64,000 nucleotides of DNA from Promethearchaeota archaeon (GCA_048940645.1 JBHLOI010000008.1:28926-92925); one strand, 5' to 3'; shown: positions 10,335-20,800, counted from the stretch's first letter. The notes: generated by a model from the letters alone, not told the origin. Numbers and translations are program-made.

Positions 10335-10433
10335 ATGAAAAAGTATCAAACAACTAAACGAGGGGAGGAGGTATTAAAACGATTTTATACCCTAATAAAT
10401 GATTATTTTGATTTAAATCAAGGTAAAAAATAA
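10335..10433 (+). pseudogene. C-terminal fragment of a winged-helix protein
   Basis: MKKYQTTKRGEEVLKRFYTLINDYF matches the Y.xT.KG..xL wing and terminal helix; no HTH upstream (in-frame TAG at 10278). Confidence 0.45.
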
Positions 10434-10501
10434 TAGTAACAATAATAATAAAAAATCAGGTTTAATAGAGTGTTAGGTAAAAAACTAGGATTAAAAAAAT
10501 T

Positions 10502-11785
10502 TTAATTCCATGTAGGTTTCTTCACAGAGGCATCATCGTCTTCAGTGTGAATTCTTTTTAAATCAATATCAGAATAGCCTGGTAATATATTAATAAAGTT
10601 TCTCATCGCATTCTTGATATCTTTACTGGAAGCTATGTATCTTCCTACTATTAGAATATCTGCACCTTGTCCGAGGGCGTATTTCGCAGTTTTTGGCTCA
10701 ATTCCTCCTGCAACAGCAACTAATACCCGATCTCTACCTGAAGCTAATTTTCTATCTTTGTATAGTTCCTTAATTTTTGGTACTAAAGCCCATCTAGCTT
10801 TTTGTGCTGCGTCTGGAGATTGAGTTCCTGTAGCTTGCTCAACGTCAATAGCTCTATGTAAGATTACTACATCTGGAGTTTGTTTTAAACTACTTAATTT
10901 CCCAATAGGATCATCAACTTCCATAGTATCAACAAATCCATAAATTCCAAGACGTTGAGCCTCTAATATGAATTTATCAAGTGAAGAAGAAGATGCTAGT
11001 CCACTAGCAACTACAGCATCTGCAGTTGCATCGAATGCAAAATCGACTTCTAATTTACCCACATCAAGAGTTTTCAGGTCAGCGACAATAAATTTCTGCG
11101 GAGCAAGTTCACGAATTTTCTTAATTGATTCCATGCCATATTTCTTCAAAAATGGTGTTCCAACTTCTAAAAGAATTCTATCACTTTTAGGTAATTGTTT
11201 AACTACTCTCATTTGGTGTTCTAAAGCTGGATGATCTAGCGCTACCTGTATGTAGGGAGGACGCCATAATCTAGGAACCCTTATTCCAGCCACAGGGTGT
11301 TTTGCTCGATCTTTATCATAAAAGATTTTTTCTATTGGAGGATAATTTTTTAATGCTCTTTGAATTGCTAATTTAGTAGCGCCATAATTATACTGATAGA
11401 TTTTTCGGTAATCAGTCGCTTCAGGATGAATAAATACACTTACAATTAACACCCATTCATCAAGTTTATTCATTGGTATAAGATTTTCTTCAACAGAATC
11501 AGCAATTGCTTTTGCCACAGCAGCTTGAGCTGGACCAAATATCTTATTAGCCTCTGCCATTTTAGAGACTGTGACTTTTGGAATAACTAAACTTATTGGT
11601 TTAGATAATAGATTTGGTCTAATGCATGCTAAAAGTCCACCATGTCCTACAGAAGGAGAACTAAGCGCGTTTGCAAAAGAAACTCCAACAGGTCCATCTT
11701 TGGAGCCAATAATCAAGTCAATATGGGCAAGATCAGGAGCTTCACCAATGAGCGCCTCTCCAATATAATATTCCGGTTTTGCCAT
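10502..11785 (-). CDS. fae-hps: bifunctional formaldehyde-activating enzyme / 3-hexulose-6-phosphate synthase
   Basis: Fae GEALIG..AHIDLIIG..GPAQAAVAKA..YNYGAT; HPS QVALD, EVGTP, ADLKTLDVG, LHRAID, VAGGI; likely start MAKPEY at 11785. Confidence 0.92.
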   Translation of the reverse strand: MAKPEYYIGEALIGEAPDLAHIDLIIGSKDGPVGVSFANALSSPSVGHGGLLACIRPNLLSKPISLVIPKVTVSKMAEANKIFGPAQAAVAKAIADSVEENLIPMNKLDEWVLIVSVFIHPEATDYRKIYQYNYGATKLAIQRALKNYPPIEKIFYDKDRAKHPVAGIRVPRLWRPPYIQVALDHPALEHQMRVVKQLPKSDRILLEVGTPFLKKYGMESIKKIRELAPQKFIVADLKTLDVGKLEVDFAFDATADAVVASGLASSSSLDKFILEAQRLGIYGFVDTMEVDDPIGKLSSLKQTPDVVILHRAIDVEQATGTQSPDAAQKARWALVPKIKELYKDRKLASGRDRVLVAVAGGIEPKTAKYALGQGADILIVGRYIASSKDIKNAMRNFINILPGYSDIDLKRIHTEDDDASVKKPTWN

Positions 11786-12043
11786 ACCAAAACACAGTGT
11801 TTGTTTTCTTAATATTTTATTGTATGTTATGGATAATATAAATAATACAATATCCACATTAAATTAGAGTTAATTCTCTCTTATTAAAATTATCTAATTA
11901 TTCCTCTGAAAAATAATATTGGCAATCTAATTTTAGATACTGGAAATTGTACGATTTTAGTTAATTATAAATATGAAAATTGTTTTGAATATAAAGATAA
12001 GATTTTAATAATAATAAATGAAGTAATAAATGGGTGAACGATA

Positions 12044-12490
12044 ATGAGTAAAGTAATCGCTAAAAATTTTGTACTATCGATGGAAAAAGATCCTAAAGAC
12101 CCGAGAGAGGGTAATTATTTAGATCTTTGTTATAAAGATTTTAGAAACTTCAAAGAGAAAAATGGAAAGGATATTATAGAATTTCTAAGTAAATTAATTA
12201 AAGAACAAGAAGGAAGGGACAATAGACCAGATTTAATTCGTAACCAAAAAAATAATTTAGTAAACCTACTGAAATTGATAAGAGAAGGAAATGAGATTAA
12301 GGCATTTTCAAATTTCCATAGGACAGTTCCATATCCCAGAGATCAAGAAGTTAGGGGTATTAAACCTACTGTATTAATCCAACAAAAGGAAAATCTAAAA
12401 AATGTTAGAAAGTTAATCAATGAAGGTAAAGAAAGAACGGCTTTTTCATTATTTCATCGAACGTTTCCTTATTGTATGCCTTATAGGTGA
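12044..12490 (+). CDS. hypothetical protein with an internal ~45-aa duplication
   Basis: GGTGA SD; two copies of QK.NL.N..KLI.EG.E..AFS.FHRT.PY. Confidence 0.7.
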   Translation: MSKVIAKNFVLSMEKDPKDPREGNYLDLCYKDFRNFKEKNGKDIIEFLSKLIKEQEGRDNRPDLIRNQKNNLVNLLKLIREGNEIKAFSNFHRTVPYPRDQEVRGIKPTVLIQQKENLKNVRKLINEGKERTAFSLFHRTFPYCMPYR

Positions 12491-12533
12491 ATTTAAAGAA
12501 ACTTAATAATAATAGACATTACTTAAAATACAA

Positions 12534-13874
12534 TTAATTGTTACTAGCTTTTAGATTATAGTTTTCAATTTCTTTAGCAGTTTTTAATAATTTTTGGAGC
12601 GTATTAAGATTAAGATCCTCAGTTTCAAAAATAACATGTTGACAGTCATATTTAGTAAAATCATTTTCAATAATATTTATGTTGAATATTTGTTGTTCTT
12701 CCCATAATCGAGAGCCGGGATATGGAGTTGCTACAAAATAGTTAATTGTATCATTCTTATCGAAAGGTAACCTTTTAATGAAATCAATCGTTTTATAAAA
12801 AGTTTCCTCAGTTTCCCCTGGTAAACCAAGCACAAAATAAGCCTGAATTGGAATCTGATACTTTTTTAAATTAATAATACCTTCTATTACTTCTTTTGGA
12901 TCCTGATACTTAAAGTTTTTCTTTAAAACTTCAATGCTAGCTGATTCTATCCCTGTTGCAATTAATTCGCATCCAGCAGTTTTTAACAGCCGAGCATCTT
13001 CTTCAGTTATATTATCTACTCTTAATTCACAACCCCAAGGAATTTTAATATTATTTTCAATGAACATAGTACAAAATTTCTTGAAGAAATCCTTATCAAT
13101 ATTGATATTATCATAGAAGTTAATGTAATAATAATTTTGGAATGACATAATATCCCTGATTTCAGAAAGAATTGAACCTATACTTCTAATCCTAACTTGT
13201 CTAAATAAATTTTGTCTGGAGCAAAATGAACACTGGAATGGGCATCCTCGGTTAATAATAACATTGGCTACTCTATAATAATGTTGAATATGTTCTAATT
13301 TATGGCGTGCAGGTAAAGGAATAGTTTCAAGATCAATAAGTTTAGGATTGCCCGTAAAAATTAGTTTTCCTTCAGAATTGATAAAAGCTATTCCTTTAAT
13401 TTTTTGTAAATAGGATTCATAATTTCGATTTTTCCCCCTAGTATTTATAATTGCTCTTAATATCTCTACTAAATGTAGGAATGAATTTTCAGATTCACCA
13501 ATACAAATAAAATCAATGTTATTTTGGGATTGTAAAATTTCCTCATAAAGGAATGAAACATGAGGCCCTCCTAATATAACATACTTTCGATCATCATATT
13601 GCTTAACAATATTAGTAATTTTAAGTGCCAAAGTAAAGGTATTTGTCAGTGAAGTTATCCCTATTATTTCATAATTTTGAATTTTTTCGATTATTAATTC
13701 TTCTAAGTTAGATCCTTTCAAATCAGAAAATTGTTCTAAATCTAAAATATCTACATCTAGATTATTCTGATCTAATACTGCTGCTAAGTATAGTATACCT
13801 AAACTTGGTTCCCTAAAATATTCACTCTGGGACTCTGTAGATTTAGTAGTTTTAGGATTAATTAATAAAATCAT
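12534..13874 (-). CDS. B12-binding radical SAM protein
   Basis: PSLGILYLAA, ILGGPHVS, RGCPFQCSFC. Confidence 0.9.
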   Translation of the reverse strand: MILLINPKTTKSTESQSEYFREPSLGILYLAAVLDQNNLDVDILDLEQFSDLKGSNLEELIIEKIQNYEIIGITSLTNTFTLALKITNIVKQYDDRKYVILGGPHVSFLYEEILQSQNNIDFICIGESENSFLHLVEILRAIINTRGKNRNYESYLQKIKGIAFINSEGKLIFTGNPKLIDLETIPLPARHKLEHIQHYYRVANVIINRGCPFQCSFCSRQNLFRQVRIRSIGSILSEIRDIMSFQNYYYINFYDNINIDKDFFKKFCTMFIENNIKIPWGCELRVDNITEEDARLLKTAGCELIATGIESASIEVLKKNFKYQDPKEVIEGIINLKKYQIPIQAYFVLGLPGETEETFYKTIDFIKRLPFDKNDTINYFVATPYPGSRLWEEQQIFNINIIENDFTKYDCQHVIFETEDLNLNTLQKLLKTAKEIENYNLKASNN

Positions 13875-13884
13875 ATCAAACTGG

Positions 13885-14715
13885 TTAATTATTTTTACTT
13901 TGATCTAAGTTACTACCCTGATTTAATTTCTCCTCATCCGGAATTTTATCTGGAATATTGAAAGATTCTATTAATGATTCAATTTTTCCAGGTCTACTAA
14001 ATTTTTCCTCAGGAATTACTGGAACTTTCAATTTTATACTGTCATATTTTTCATAATCTGGAGTAAAGAGCTCAATACCTTGTATTGCGCGATCTTTAAC
14101 AATAACGCGGATAGAATAGTTACGATCATTAAAAAAAGTAAATCCATTGTTTAACCGCCCCATTTTTACAAATTCTTTTTTTACCTTTTCTTCTTTTAAG
14201 AATAATTCCGTTATATCTTCTTCTGAGTATAAAATTCCACCAATAATCGCAAAAATTCGTTTATAATTCTCAGGCAAGGGATATTCATTTATGGTTTCAA
14301 TTACTTTTTTCAACCGAGGATTATGAATGACAAGATCTCCAGTAGTTGAAATTGTTTTAGGATCTGGAAAATCACTTTTGTCAATTGATCTAGCCCTTCC
14401 TTCTCCCAATGGTTTATCTAAAATTTCTTGAAATTCAAGGTCTTCTCTAGAGTATATATTTAAGGAATATATTCGATAAAACAATCTAAGTTGCTTACGA
14501 AGCATACTTGCAAGTATTCCCCCAAATATTTGTAACTTTAAAGAACTATTTGGACCATTATATATTAGAATTTTCTTAGTATCATGATCTACGAGTAAGT
14601 AAACTTTATGGCTATTGTAATCATTTAATGTATCTCTTACCGTTTCTCCTTCAGTAACCTCCACTGTCAAAAAATAGGGATATTCTCGTACTTCAAGGAC
14701 TTCAAAAATTTGCAT
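13885..14715 (-). CDS. gelsolin-like domain protein with C-terminal extension (Asgard GelX-like)
   Basis: SHKVYLLVDHDTKKILIYNGPNSS..F.G...A..LR..EDLEF resembles the gelsolin repeat pattern. Confidence 0.6.
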   Translation of the reverse strand: MQIFEVLEVREYPYFLTVEVTEGETVRDTLNDYNSHKVYLLVDHDTKKILIYNGPNSSLKLQIFGGILASMLRKQLRLFYRIYSLNIYSREDLEFQEILDKPLGEGRARSIDKSDFPDPKTISTTGDLVIHNPRLKKVIETINEYPLPENYKRIFAIIGGILYSEEDITELFLKEEKVKKEFVKMGRLNNGFTFFNDRNYSIRVIVKDRAIQGIELFTPDYEKYDSIKLKVPVIPEEKFSRPGKIESLIESFNIPDKIPDEEKLNQGSNLDQSKNN

Positions 14716-14882
14716 TTAACCAAATCCTAACTATTCTATATTTTTATAGGTAATGATCTTCATAATAAATTTTTTTGTTTTTGACTTTTTGCCAGAGAAA
14801 TTGTAAAGCTTATGAAATCAATAAAATTTTTAAGTTTTAGGAGATTTTTCATAGTAGTTCTCTCTTTAAAAGTTTGATAAAC

Positions 14883-15290
14883 ATGAGCTCAGAGAAAAGG
14901 ATATATAAACTAAATATTTCTGGTGGGAATACAGGTCCCGGTAAAGGATTGACTAAACTAATTGAGATTGATGAGAAAAAATTCAGATTTGAAGGCATGA
15001 AAATTGGCGATACTATTAAGGGAGGTCTAGTAGGATTTCCAAATTATGAATTTAAAATCACTGGCGGTTCAGATTCAAGTGGATTTCCAATGAGAAGAGA
15101 TGTCCATGGACCTGTTAAGAAAAAGATTTTAGTTTCTAAACGTGGAACGGGCTATAAGCCTAAAAGAAAAGGGCAGAAGAGAAGAAAAACAGTACGAGGA
15201 AATGAAATAACTTTCGATATGACGCTGATTAATCTTAATGTGGTCAAGTATGGTGAAGCTGAACTATTTAAAGCTAAAAAAGAGGATTAG
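14883..15290 (+). CDS. rps6e: 30S ribosomal protein S6e
   Basis: ITGGSDSSGFPMRRDVHG, RRKTVRGN. Confidence 0.97.
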   Translation: MSSEKRIYKLNISGGNTGPGKGLTKLIEIDEKKFRFEGMKIGDTIKGGLVGFPNYEFKITGGSDSSGFPMRRDVHGPVKKKILVSKRGTGYKPKRKGQKRRKTVRGNEITFDMTLINLNVVKYGEAELFKAKKED

Positions 15291-15321
15291 GTATTTCAAC
15301 TAGTTTTGAGATGAAGAATGA

Positions 15322-15504
15322 ATGGTTAAAGTAAAAAAGTGCTCATTTTGTGGATGGGATATCCCTATCGGAAGAGGACATATGTTTGTGAAAAAAGATG
15401 GAACTATTCTTAATTTTTGTACGCAAAAATGTCGCAAAGCTATGTTGCTTTATAAGAAAAATCCACGTAAAACACGCTGGACCGTATATTATGGGAAGCA
15501 GTAA
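15322..15504 (+). CDS. rpl24e: 50S ribosomal protein L24e
   Basis: CSFCG.DI..GRG.MFVKKDG..FC..KC..PRK..WT. Confidence 0.97.
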   Translation: MVKVKKCSFCGWDIPIGRGHMFVKKDGTILNFCTQKCRKAMLLYKKNPRKTRWTVYYGKQ

Positions 15505-15584
15505 TATAAACAGTCAATAAGACCTTATTTTGAAAACTTAAATTAACCCAAAAAATTTTAAGTTTTCTATCCCCTCTTAAATAT

Positions 15585-16082
15585 GTGAAAAAGCGAAATT
15601 ATCTTTATATTTTTTATAATATTTGTTTATTTTTCAGCCTGTTTATTATAGAAGGGTATGCTGATCCTATTGTTCCATATCCTTCAGAAGATCCTATAAT
15701 ACGTACAATTATTTTAACAAATATGTTCTTTATTGGTACCACTATTGAATATAAAATCTTTAAGCAGGGTGTGGTAAAGAGACCTCGTAATAAAAGATTA
15801 TTTTCAACTTGTGTTAAAGTAAATTTGGTGACCTTTCCTCTCACTCAAATCTTGGCTTATATCATATATATTTATTTATCCTCTTACTTTTGGTTTTATG
15901 TTTTGGCAATAGAGATTTTAGTAATAATAATTGAATGGTTGCTTTTTCGAATTGAATTTAATAAAATTTTAATGGAATCTATGACCTCTAAACATATTTT
16001 ACAATATACGACAGTGGCAAATTTTGTTTCATTTCTACTTGGATTATTGGCTTTCGCTATTCCTACTTTTACTTACTCTTAA
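15585..16082 (+). CDS. hypothetical membrane protein
   Basis: several TM segments; VNLVTFPL, EILVIIIEW, ANFVSFLLG. Confidence 0.7.
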   Translation: MKKRNYLYIFYNICLFFSLFIIEGYADPIVPYPSEDPIIRTIILTNMFFIGTTIEYKIFKQGVVKRPRNKRLFSTCVKVNLVTFPLTQILAYIIYIYLSSYFWFYVLAIEILVIIIEWLLFRIEFNKILMESMTSKHILQYTTVANFVSFLLGLLAFAIPTFTYS

Positions 16083-17492
16083 AATAAAAATTATCGCAAT
16101 AATCGAAATAATACTCGTAATTCCCAGAAATGAAAAGATGTAAATATCACGATAATCAATTTGCTGATACGGAGGAGGTTTCCCATTAGGTTTGGGATTT
16201 TTTACAAAAACAATTCTATCTTCATGAATATTCCAATCAGTTACATACTCACATGTGCATAACATATAGAAATTATCTTGAGAATCAATAGCAATAGCGT
16301 TAATATAATCGTAATAAGATCCACCCCAAAAGTAGTTCGTAATTATTTGTCCAGAACTATTTAACTTTAATACTCCAATATCTCCGCTTTCTCTATAAGT
16401 ATTATAAATAATACAAATATCTTGGTGAGACGTGACTCCTATATCAAGAGATAATGGAGTGACATAGGCACCCCACCTAACATTATAATCAGCTAGCGAA
16501 AAATTCCAACAAAAGCTTAAATTAGGATCGAATTTTAGTAAAAATTGTTCAGAATAAATTATGTAATTTCCCTCCCTAATTAAAGGGATGTCTGTATAGA
16601 TGTATATATTATCGAAAAAAAATATTTGAAAATTTTGAAGCGAATTATGTCCTGTATTATTCAAAAAATTAGTTTGATAAGTTATATTTCCTAAGCTATT
16701 AAGCTTTAAAAGCCATAAATCATATTTATGATCTGGTAGTTCTGTATATCCATTTACAATAATATTCTCATCAGAATATACTTTTAAACCGTAGAATCTA
16801 GCAGTTATATCCAATTGTTTATACCATATCATTGAACCGGAACTATTATATTTAAAAAGATATCGAGAGCCACAAAGATAGACACAATTATTAGAATCTA
16901 TCTCTATCTTTGCGAAATTTGTCTTATTATAAGCATCTAACGTTTTATTCCATACTAAATTCCCAGAAGGGTTAAATTTTAAGAGAAATGCCTTTGGATT
17001 AGTGTAATTAGTCCCAGAAATATATATAGAATCATTTAAATCCACTTTAAAAGAATATATCTCATAACCTGAATCCAATATTTTAGACCATAGTAATTCC
17101 CTTAAAATATTAAATTTCAATAGAATATAATTCCTATCAATCAATTTAGCAAGCACATAAAGATTAGATTTTGAATCGAAATTGAAATCAAGTAAATCCA
17201 CATCAGTTAATCTATTTTCCCATAAATTTGTACCTGATTCGTCATATTTAGCTACATAAGCGATATCAGAAGAATATATACTATAGCCTATGTAAAAACT
17301 ATCATTTATTGTCTTTAAAATAGGAAAGGCTGGTGATTCATTTGGTTTTATTAATACTGACCATGAATCTTCATTTTCTAAATCTATATCTATACTATCA
17401 GAGTAATTTGAGGATAAAATTAGTTGTTTTAAATTAAAATTAGACAACAACAAAAGAGAAATTATAAGAATGTATCCTTTTGGGCTTTTCAT
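16044..17492 (-). CDS. secreted beta-propeller protein with C-terminal membrane anchor
   Basis: repeated LLK(F/Y)(N/D)xxGxxxW and IDSxxNxY blades; C-terminal TM; 3' end overlaps the convergent gene. Confidence 0.8.
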   Translation of the reverse strand: MKSPKGYILIISLLLLSNFNLKQLILSSNYSDSIDIDLENEDSWSVLIKPNESPAFPILKTINDSFYIGYSIYSSDIAYVAKYDESGTNLWENRLTDVDLLDFNFDSKSNLYVLAKLIDRNYILLKFNILRELLWSKILDSGYEIYSFKVDLNDSIYISGTNYTNPKAFLLKFNPSGNLVWNKTLDAYNKTNFAKIEIDSNNCVYLCGSRYLFKYNSSGSMIWYKQLDITARFYGLKVYSDENIIVNGYTELPDHKYDLWLLKLNSLGNITYQTNFLNNTGHNSLQNFQIFFFDNIYIYTDIPLIREGNYIIYSEQFLLKFDPNLSFCWNFSLADYNVRWGAYVTPLSLDIGVTSHQDICIIYNTYRESGDIGVLKLNSSGQIITNYFWGGSYYDYINAIAIDSQDNFYMLCTCEYVTDWNIHEDRIVFVKNPKPNGKPPPYQQIDYRDIYIFSFLGITSIISIIAIIFILRVSKSRNSESQ

Positions 17493-17581
17493 CTATTTAA
17501 AGGTGGAAATAGATTTTCCTTAGATGAATTTGTTTTTGTAAATTTATATTTTTAACTCTATATATCGAAAAGTTTCTTTTC

Positions 17582-17782
17582 TTATTGGAGTCGTGAAAAT
17601 TTAAGTAAATCATCAATTAGATCCACGTGGCCCACGATCATTCTACGGCAGCAGAATCTCTCAATTCCAAGCTGTTTAAATGCGCTTTCTGAACTTTCCC
17701 CTTTCTCTATAAGTTCTAAATATGGTTTATAAACATGTGCGATTAATTTACCACAGCTAAAACAACGGATTGGAATAATCAT
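17582..17782 (-). CDS. rpo10: DNA-directed RNA polymerase subunit N (Rpo10)
   Basis: MIIPIRCFSCGK...RFCCRRMI. Confidence 0.97.
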   Translation of the reverse strand: MIIPIRCFSCGKLIAHVYKPYLELIEKGESSESAFKQLGIERFCCRRMIVGHVDLIDDLLKFSRLQ

Positions 17783-17968
17783 AGTTTATTCACATTTTAA
17801 ATTATTTACAAATGATAAAATATTGAAAATTAAAAAAATTTTTCGGAAATTGAGGATAAAAAAGCCAAATTAAGCAAAAATTTTTTTTATATCCATTATT
17901 TTTGATCTCATTACAAATCGATGATTTATGATAATATATTAAAAATTATATATTTGAAGGAGAACAAT

Positions 17969-18340
17969 ATGAGTTATGTAAAATTTAAAGTTCCTGATAA
18001 TTTAAAGAACGAATTAAAGAATGCATTAAGTACAATAGCAGAATCTCGAGATTCTAAAATACGAAAAGGAATGAATGAAGTGACTAAATCTATTGAAAGA
18101 AATAATGCTAAGATTGTAGTGATGGCTGAAGATGTAAGCCCTCCAGAGATACTTTTTCATGTACCATTACTATGTGAAGAAAAATTAATACCTTATGCAT
18201 ATTTATCTTCAAAAAAAGAATTAGGAAATACAGTTAGAATTAATGTAGGAGCATCTGCTATCGCTATAGAAAATCTAGGAACAGGCAATGACAATGTTTT
18301 AGATACTGTAATTAAGAAACTAGAAGATTTAAAGAAGTAA
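17969..18340 (+). CDS. rpl7ae: 50S ribosomal protein L7Ae
   Basis: KIRKGMNEVTKSIER, AEDVSPPEI..H.P.LCEEK; GGAG SD before ATG 17969. Confidence 0.97.
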   Translation: MSYVKFKVPDNLKNELKNALSTIAESRDSKIRKGMNEVTKSIERNNAKIVVMAEDVSPPEILFHVPLLCEEKLIPYAYLSSKKELGNTVRINVGASAIAIENLGTGNDNVLDTVIKKLEDLKK

Positions 18341-18355
18341 GTTGGTGGAAAGAAG

Positions 18356-18601
18356 TTGGCCAAGTTAGATAAATCAAAAGCATCTCACTTTGAGGATTCA
18401 TCTATTCCTGCAGAGGTTATCCAAATTGTTGGTAGAACTGGATTAACTGGCGAAATTAGTCAAATTAAAGTAAGAATTTTAGAGGGGCCAGACAAGAATC
18501 GTATTTTAACGAGGAATGTTAAGGGTCCTGTACGAGAAAATGATATTGTAGTTTTAAGAGAAGTAGAAAGGGAAGCTAGAAAAATAAGAAAAAGACGATA
18601 A
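18356..18601 (+). CDS. rps28e: 30S ribosomal protein S28e
   Basis: [31 protein letters not shown]. Confidence 0.97.
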   Translation: MAKLDKSKASHFEDSSIPAEVIQIVGRTGLTGEISQIKVRILEGPDKNRILTRNVKGPVRENDIVVLREVEREARKIRKRR

Positions 18602-18620
18602 AGTTGCTTTTTTTTAAACT

Positions 18621-18821
18621 TCACTCATCAAAATAGCCAAGAAGTTTTAAGTTCTTATATTCATTGTGTAAAAATTCTCGTAATGCAGTTCTAATTGCTT
18701 CAGAGCGACTTGGCACAATCTTCATCGCTATTAATTTTTGAATATTTTTATCATAACATTCAGGAATATTGATAGTAATATTTTGCATTGATGGTTTTTT
18801 CTTTTTCTTTTTATCTGACAA
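18621..18821 (-). CDS. ribbon-helix-helix (CopG-like) protein
   Basis: NITINIP...SRSEAIRTALREFL. Confidence 0.85.
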   Translation of the reverse strand: MSDKKKKKKPSMQNITINIPECYDKNIQKLIAMKIVPSRSEAIRTALREFLHNEYKNLKLLGYFDE

Positions 18822-19088
18822 TTCTCCTTACTCCTGTCCTGTTATTTTTTTGAAATAATAGCCGGGATCTATCTTAGGAGGAAAAATGATAACAAAAATA
18901 ATCGTTATCCTTAACTTATTCCAACTTTTTGATAATAAATTATAAGTAAAACTTGTTTATAAAATTATCTTTCCCTATTTAAAGTATTTAAAGCATTCTA
19001 TATCATTAGTAAATTGTTTTGATAAATTTAATTAGAATATGAACGATTATTAGGGTATTTATATATTTAAATTGAAAATGTTTTACTA

Positions 19089-19763
19089 TCATAATCGATT
19101 TTCTTTTTTTACATATCGACCTCTAGTTTCTATAATAGAGATATTTTTTATAATATCATTATAAATATTACTTCCTCTATCTCTATACTCTAATTCATAA
19201 CCCTCAAGAAAAGCATTAAAACATAATTTAAAATCATCTCCATGTGAGGAAATTAATACTCTTTTTAAGAGATGTAAATCGACACTTTTATCTTCGATAG
19301 AATCCGAATAATCATGAAGTCCAAAATCAATAATGAAAATATCTTCGCTTGATGTTAATATTATATTACTTGTGGTAATATCACCATGAATATGTCCATT
19401 AATATGTAAAATTGCGATAATTCGACCCAATTTAGTGAAAATTTCTTTTTTTTTAGAAATGCTTAGAGTTTTAATCAAATTTTTTAGCTTAGAACCAGAG
19501 ATATATTTCATAATTATTATAGAGTTTTCTGTATCAATCTCATATACTTGTGGTGTATTAATTTTATATTCTTTTACCTTTATAAGGGCTCGAGCCTCAT
19601 TTAATGTTCTTATTGTACGAATTTTTTTATCAAGCTGGTCAATTCTATAATTCTTAGTAATCCTGTGTTTGAAGATAACTTCTTTACCAAACCAGTGACC
19701 ATAAATTAAACTTGCTTCCGCACCTTTATGAATCAATTTTTCCTTTGTGATATTTTTAGTCAT
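19089..19763 (-). CDS. bud32: KEOPS kinase Bud32
   Basis: KGAEA, RTLNEAR, IHGDITTSN, IDFGL, DKSVDL, RGRY; follows kae1. Confidence 0.95.
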   Translation of the reverse strand: MTKNITKEKLIHKGAEASLIYGHWFGKEVIFKHRITKNYRIDQLDKKIRTIRTLNEARALIKVKEYKINTPQVYEIDTENSIIIMKYISGSKLKNLIKTLSISKKKEIFTKLGRIIAILHINGHIHGDITTSNIILTSSEDIFIIDFGLHDYSDSIEDKSVDLHLLKRVLISSHGDDFKLCFNAFLEGYELEYRDRGSNIYNDIIKNISIIETRGRYVKKENRL

Positions 19764-19777
19764 TCCTAATATATCAC

Positions 19778-20800
19778 CTAGCTTCTCCAAGGAATGGTAA
19801 TATTATCCATTCTTTCTTTTGGATTTATAAGTGTTTCTGCGAGGCAAAATTCTCCTTTACTCTTATACCTTAATATCCCTGTCCATGCAATCATTGCACC
19901 ATTATCCCCTGCGTATTTTAGGGGTACAACTTCGAACTTTGCATTGTGTTCATCGCTAATAGAATTAATCATTTCTTGTAATCTTTTATTTGCTGCAACC
20001 CCTCCAGTTAATAAAACTTCTGTCTTTTCTGTATGGGCAAGGGCTCTTTCTGTAACTTCAGTAAGCATTGCAAATGCAGTCTCTTGAAGAGAATAAGCAA
20101 TATCACATAAATTATATTCTTTTTCATATTTTTCAGATTCTAATAATTTTTTAGCTGACGTAAAAAGTCCTGAAAATGATAGATCCATTCCTTTAACTAT
20201 ATAAGGTAAAGGAAGATATTTATTTGATTTTTTAGCCAACTTTTCTATTTTGGGACCACCGGGATGAGAGATTTCTGCTTCTCTGGCAAATGAATCCAGT
20301 AAATTACCTATAGGAATATCTAATGTCTCTCCAAATATTTGATATCTTCCAGATTCATAGGCACTTACAATGGTATTTCCACCAGACACATAAAGAGAGA
20401 GAGGATCATCAATATTACACACTAATCTTCCTATTTCTATATGGGCAATACAATGGTTTACTCCAATTATAGGGATTTTTAAAAGTTGACCCAGCATACG
20501 TGCTACAAGTGCTCCTATTTTTAAGACAGGTCCTAAACCAGGACTTTGACTAAAAGCTAATAAATTAATATCTTTAATTGAACATTTAGCTTGAGTAAGA
20601 GCTTTATTAATAACTTCCATGAAATTATTCAAATGCTGCTCCCTAACCAAAGCAGGATGAAGCCCTCCTTTTTTAGGTATAAATACATCATTTACTAGAC
20701 TTAGGACCTTTCCTGTAAAATCAACGAGTCCAACACCCCATGTATGCGCAGTTGATTCTATACCAAGGGCTATTTTATTAGATTTCATTATATTCGCCAA
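19778..20800 (-). CDS. kae1: KEOPS tRNA t6A threonylcarbamoyltransferase Kae1
   Basis: GIESTAHT, VNHCIAHIE, LYVSGGNT, GETLD, DNGAMIA. Confidence 0.97.
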   Translation of the reverse strand: MANIMKSNKIALGIESTAHTWGVGLVDFTGKVLSLVNDVFIPKKGGLHPALVREQHLNNFMEVINKALTQAKCSIKDINLLAFSQSPGLGPVLKIGALVARMLGQLLKIPIIGVNHCIAHIEIGRLVCNIDDPLSLYVSGGNTIVSAYESGRYQIFGETLDIPIGNLLDSFAREAEISHPGGPKIEKLAKKSNKYLPLPYIVKGMDLSFSGLFTSAKKLLESEKYEKEYNLCDIAYSLQETAFAMLTEVTERALAHTEKTEVLLTGGVAANKRLQEMINSISDEHNAKFEVVPLKYAGDNGAMIAWTGILRYKSKGEFCLAETLINPKERMDNITIPWRS

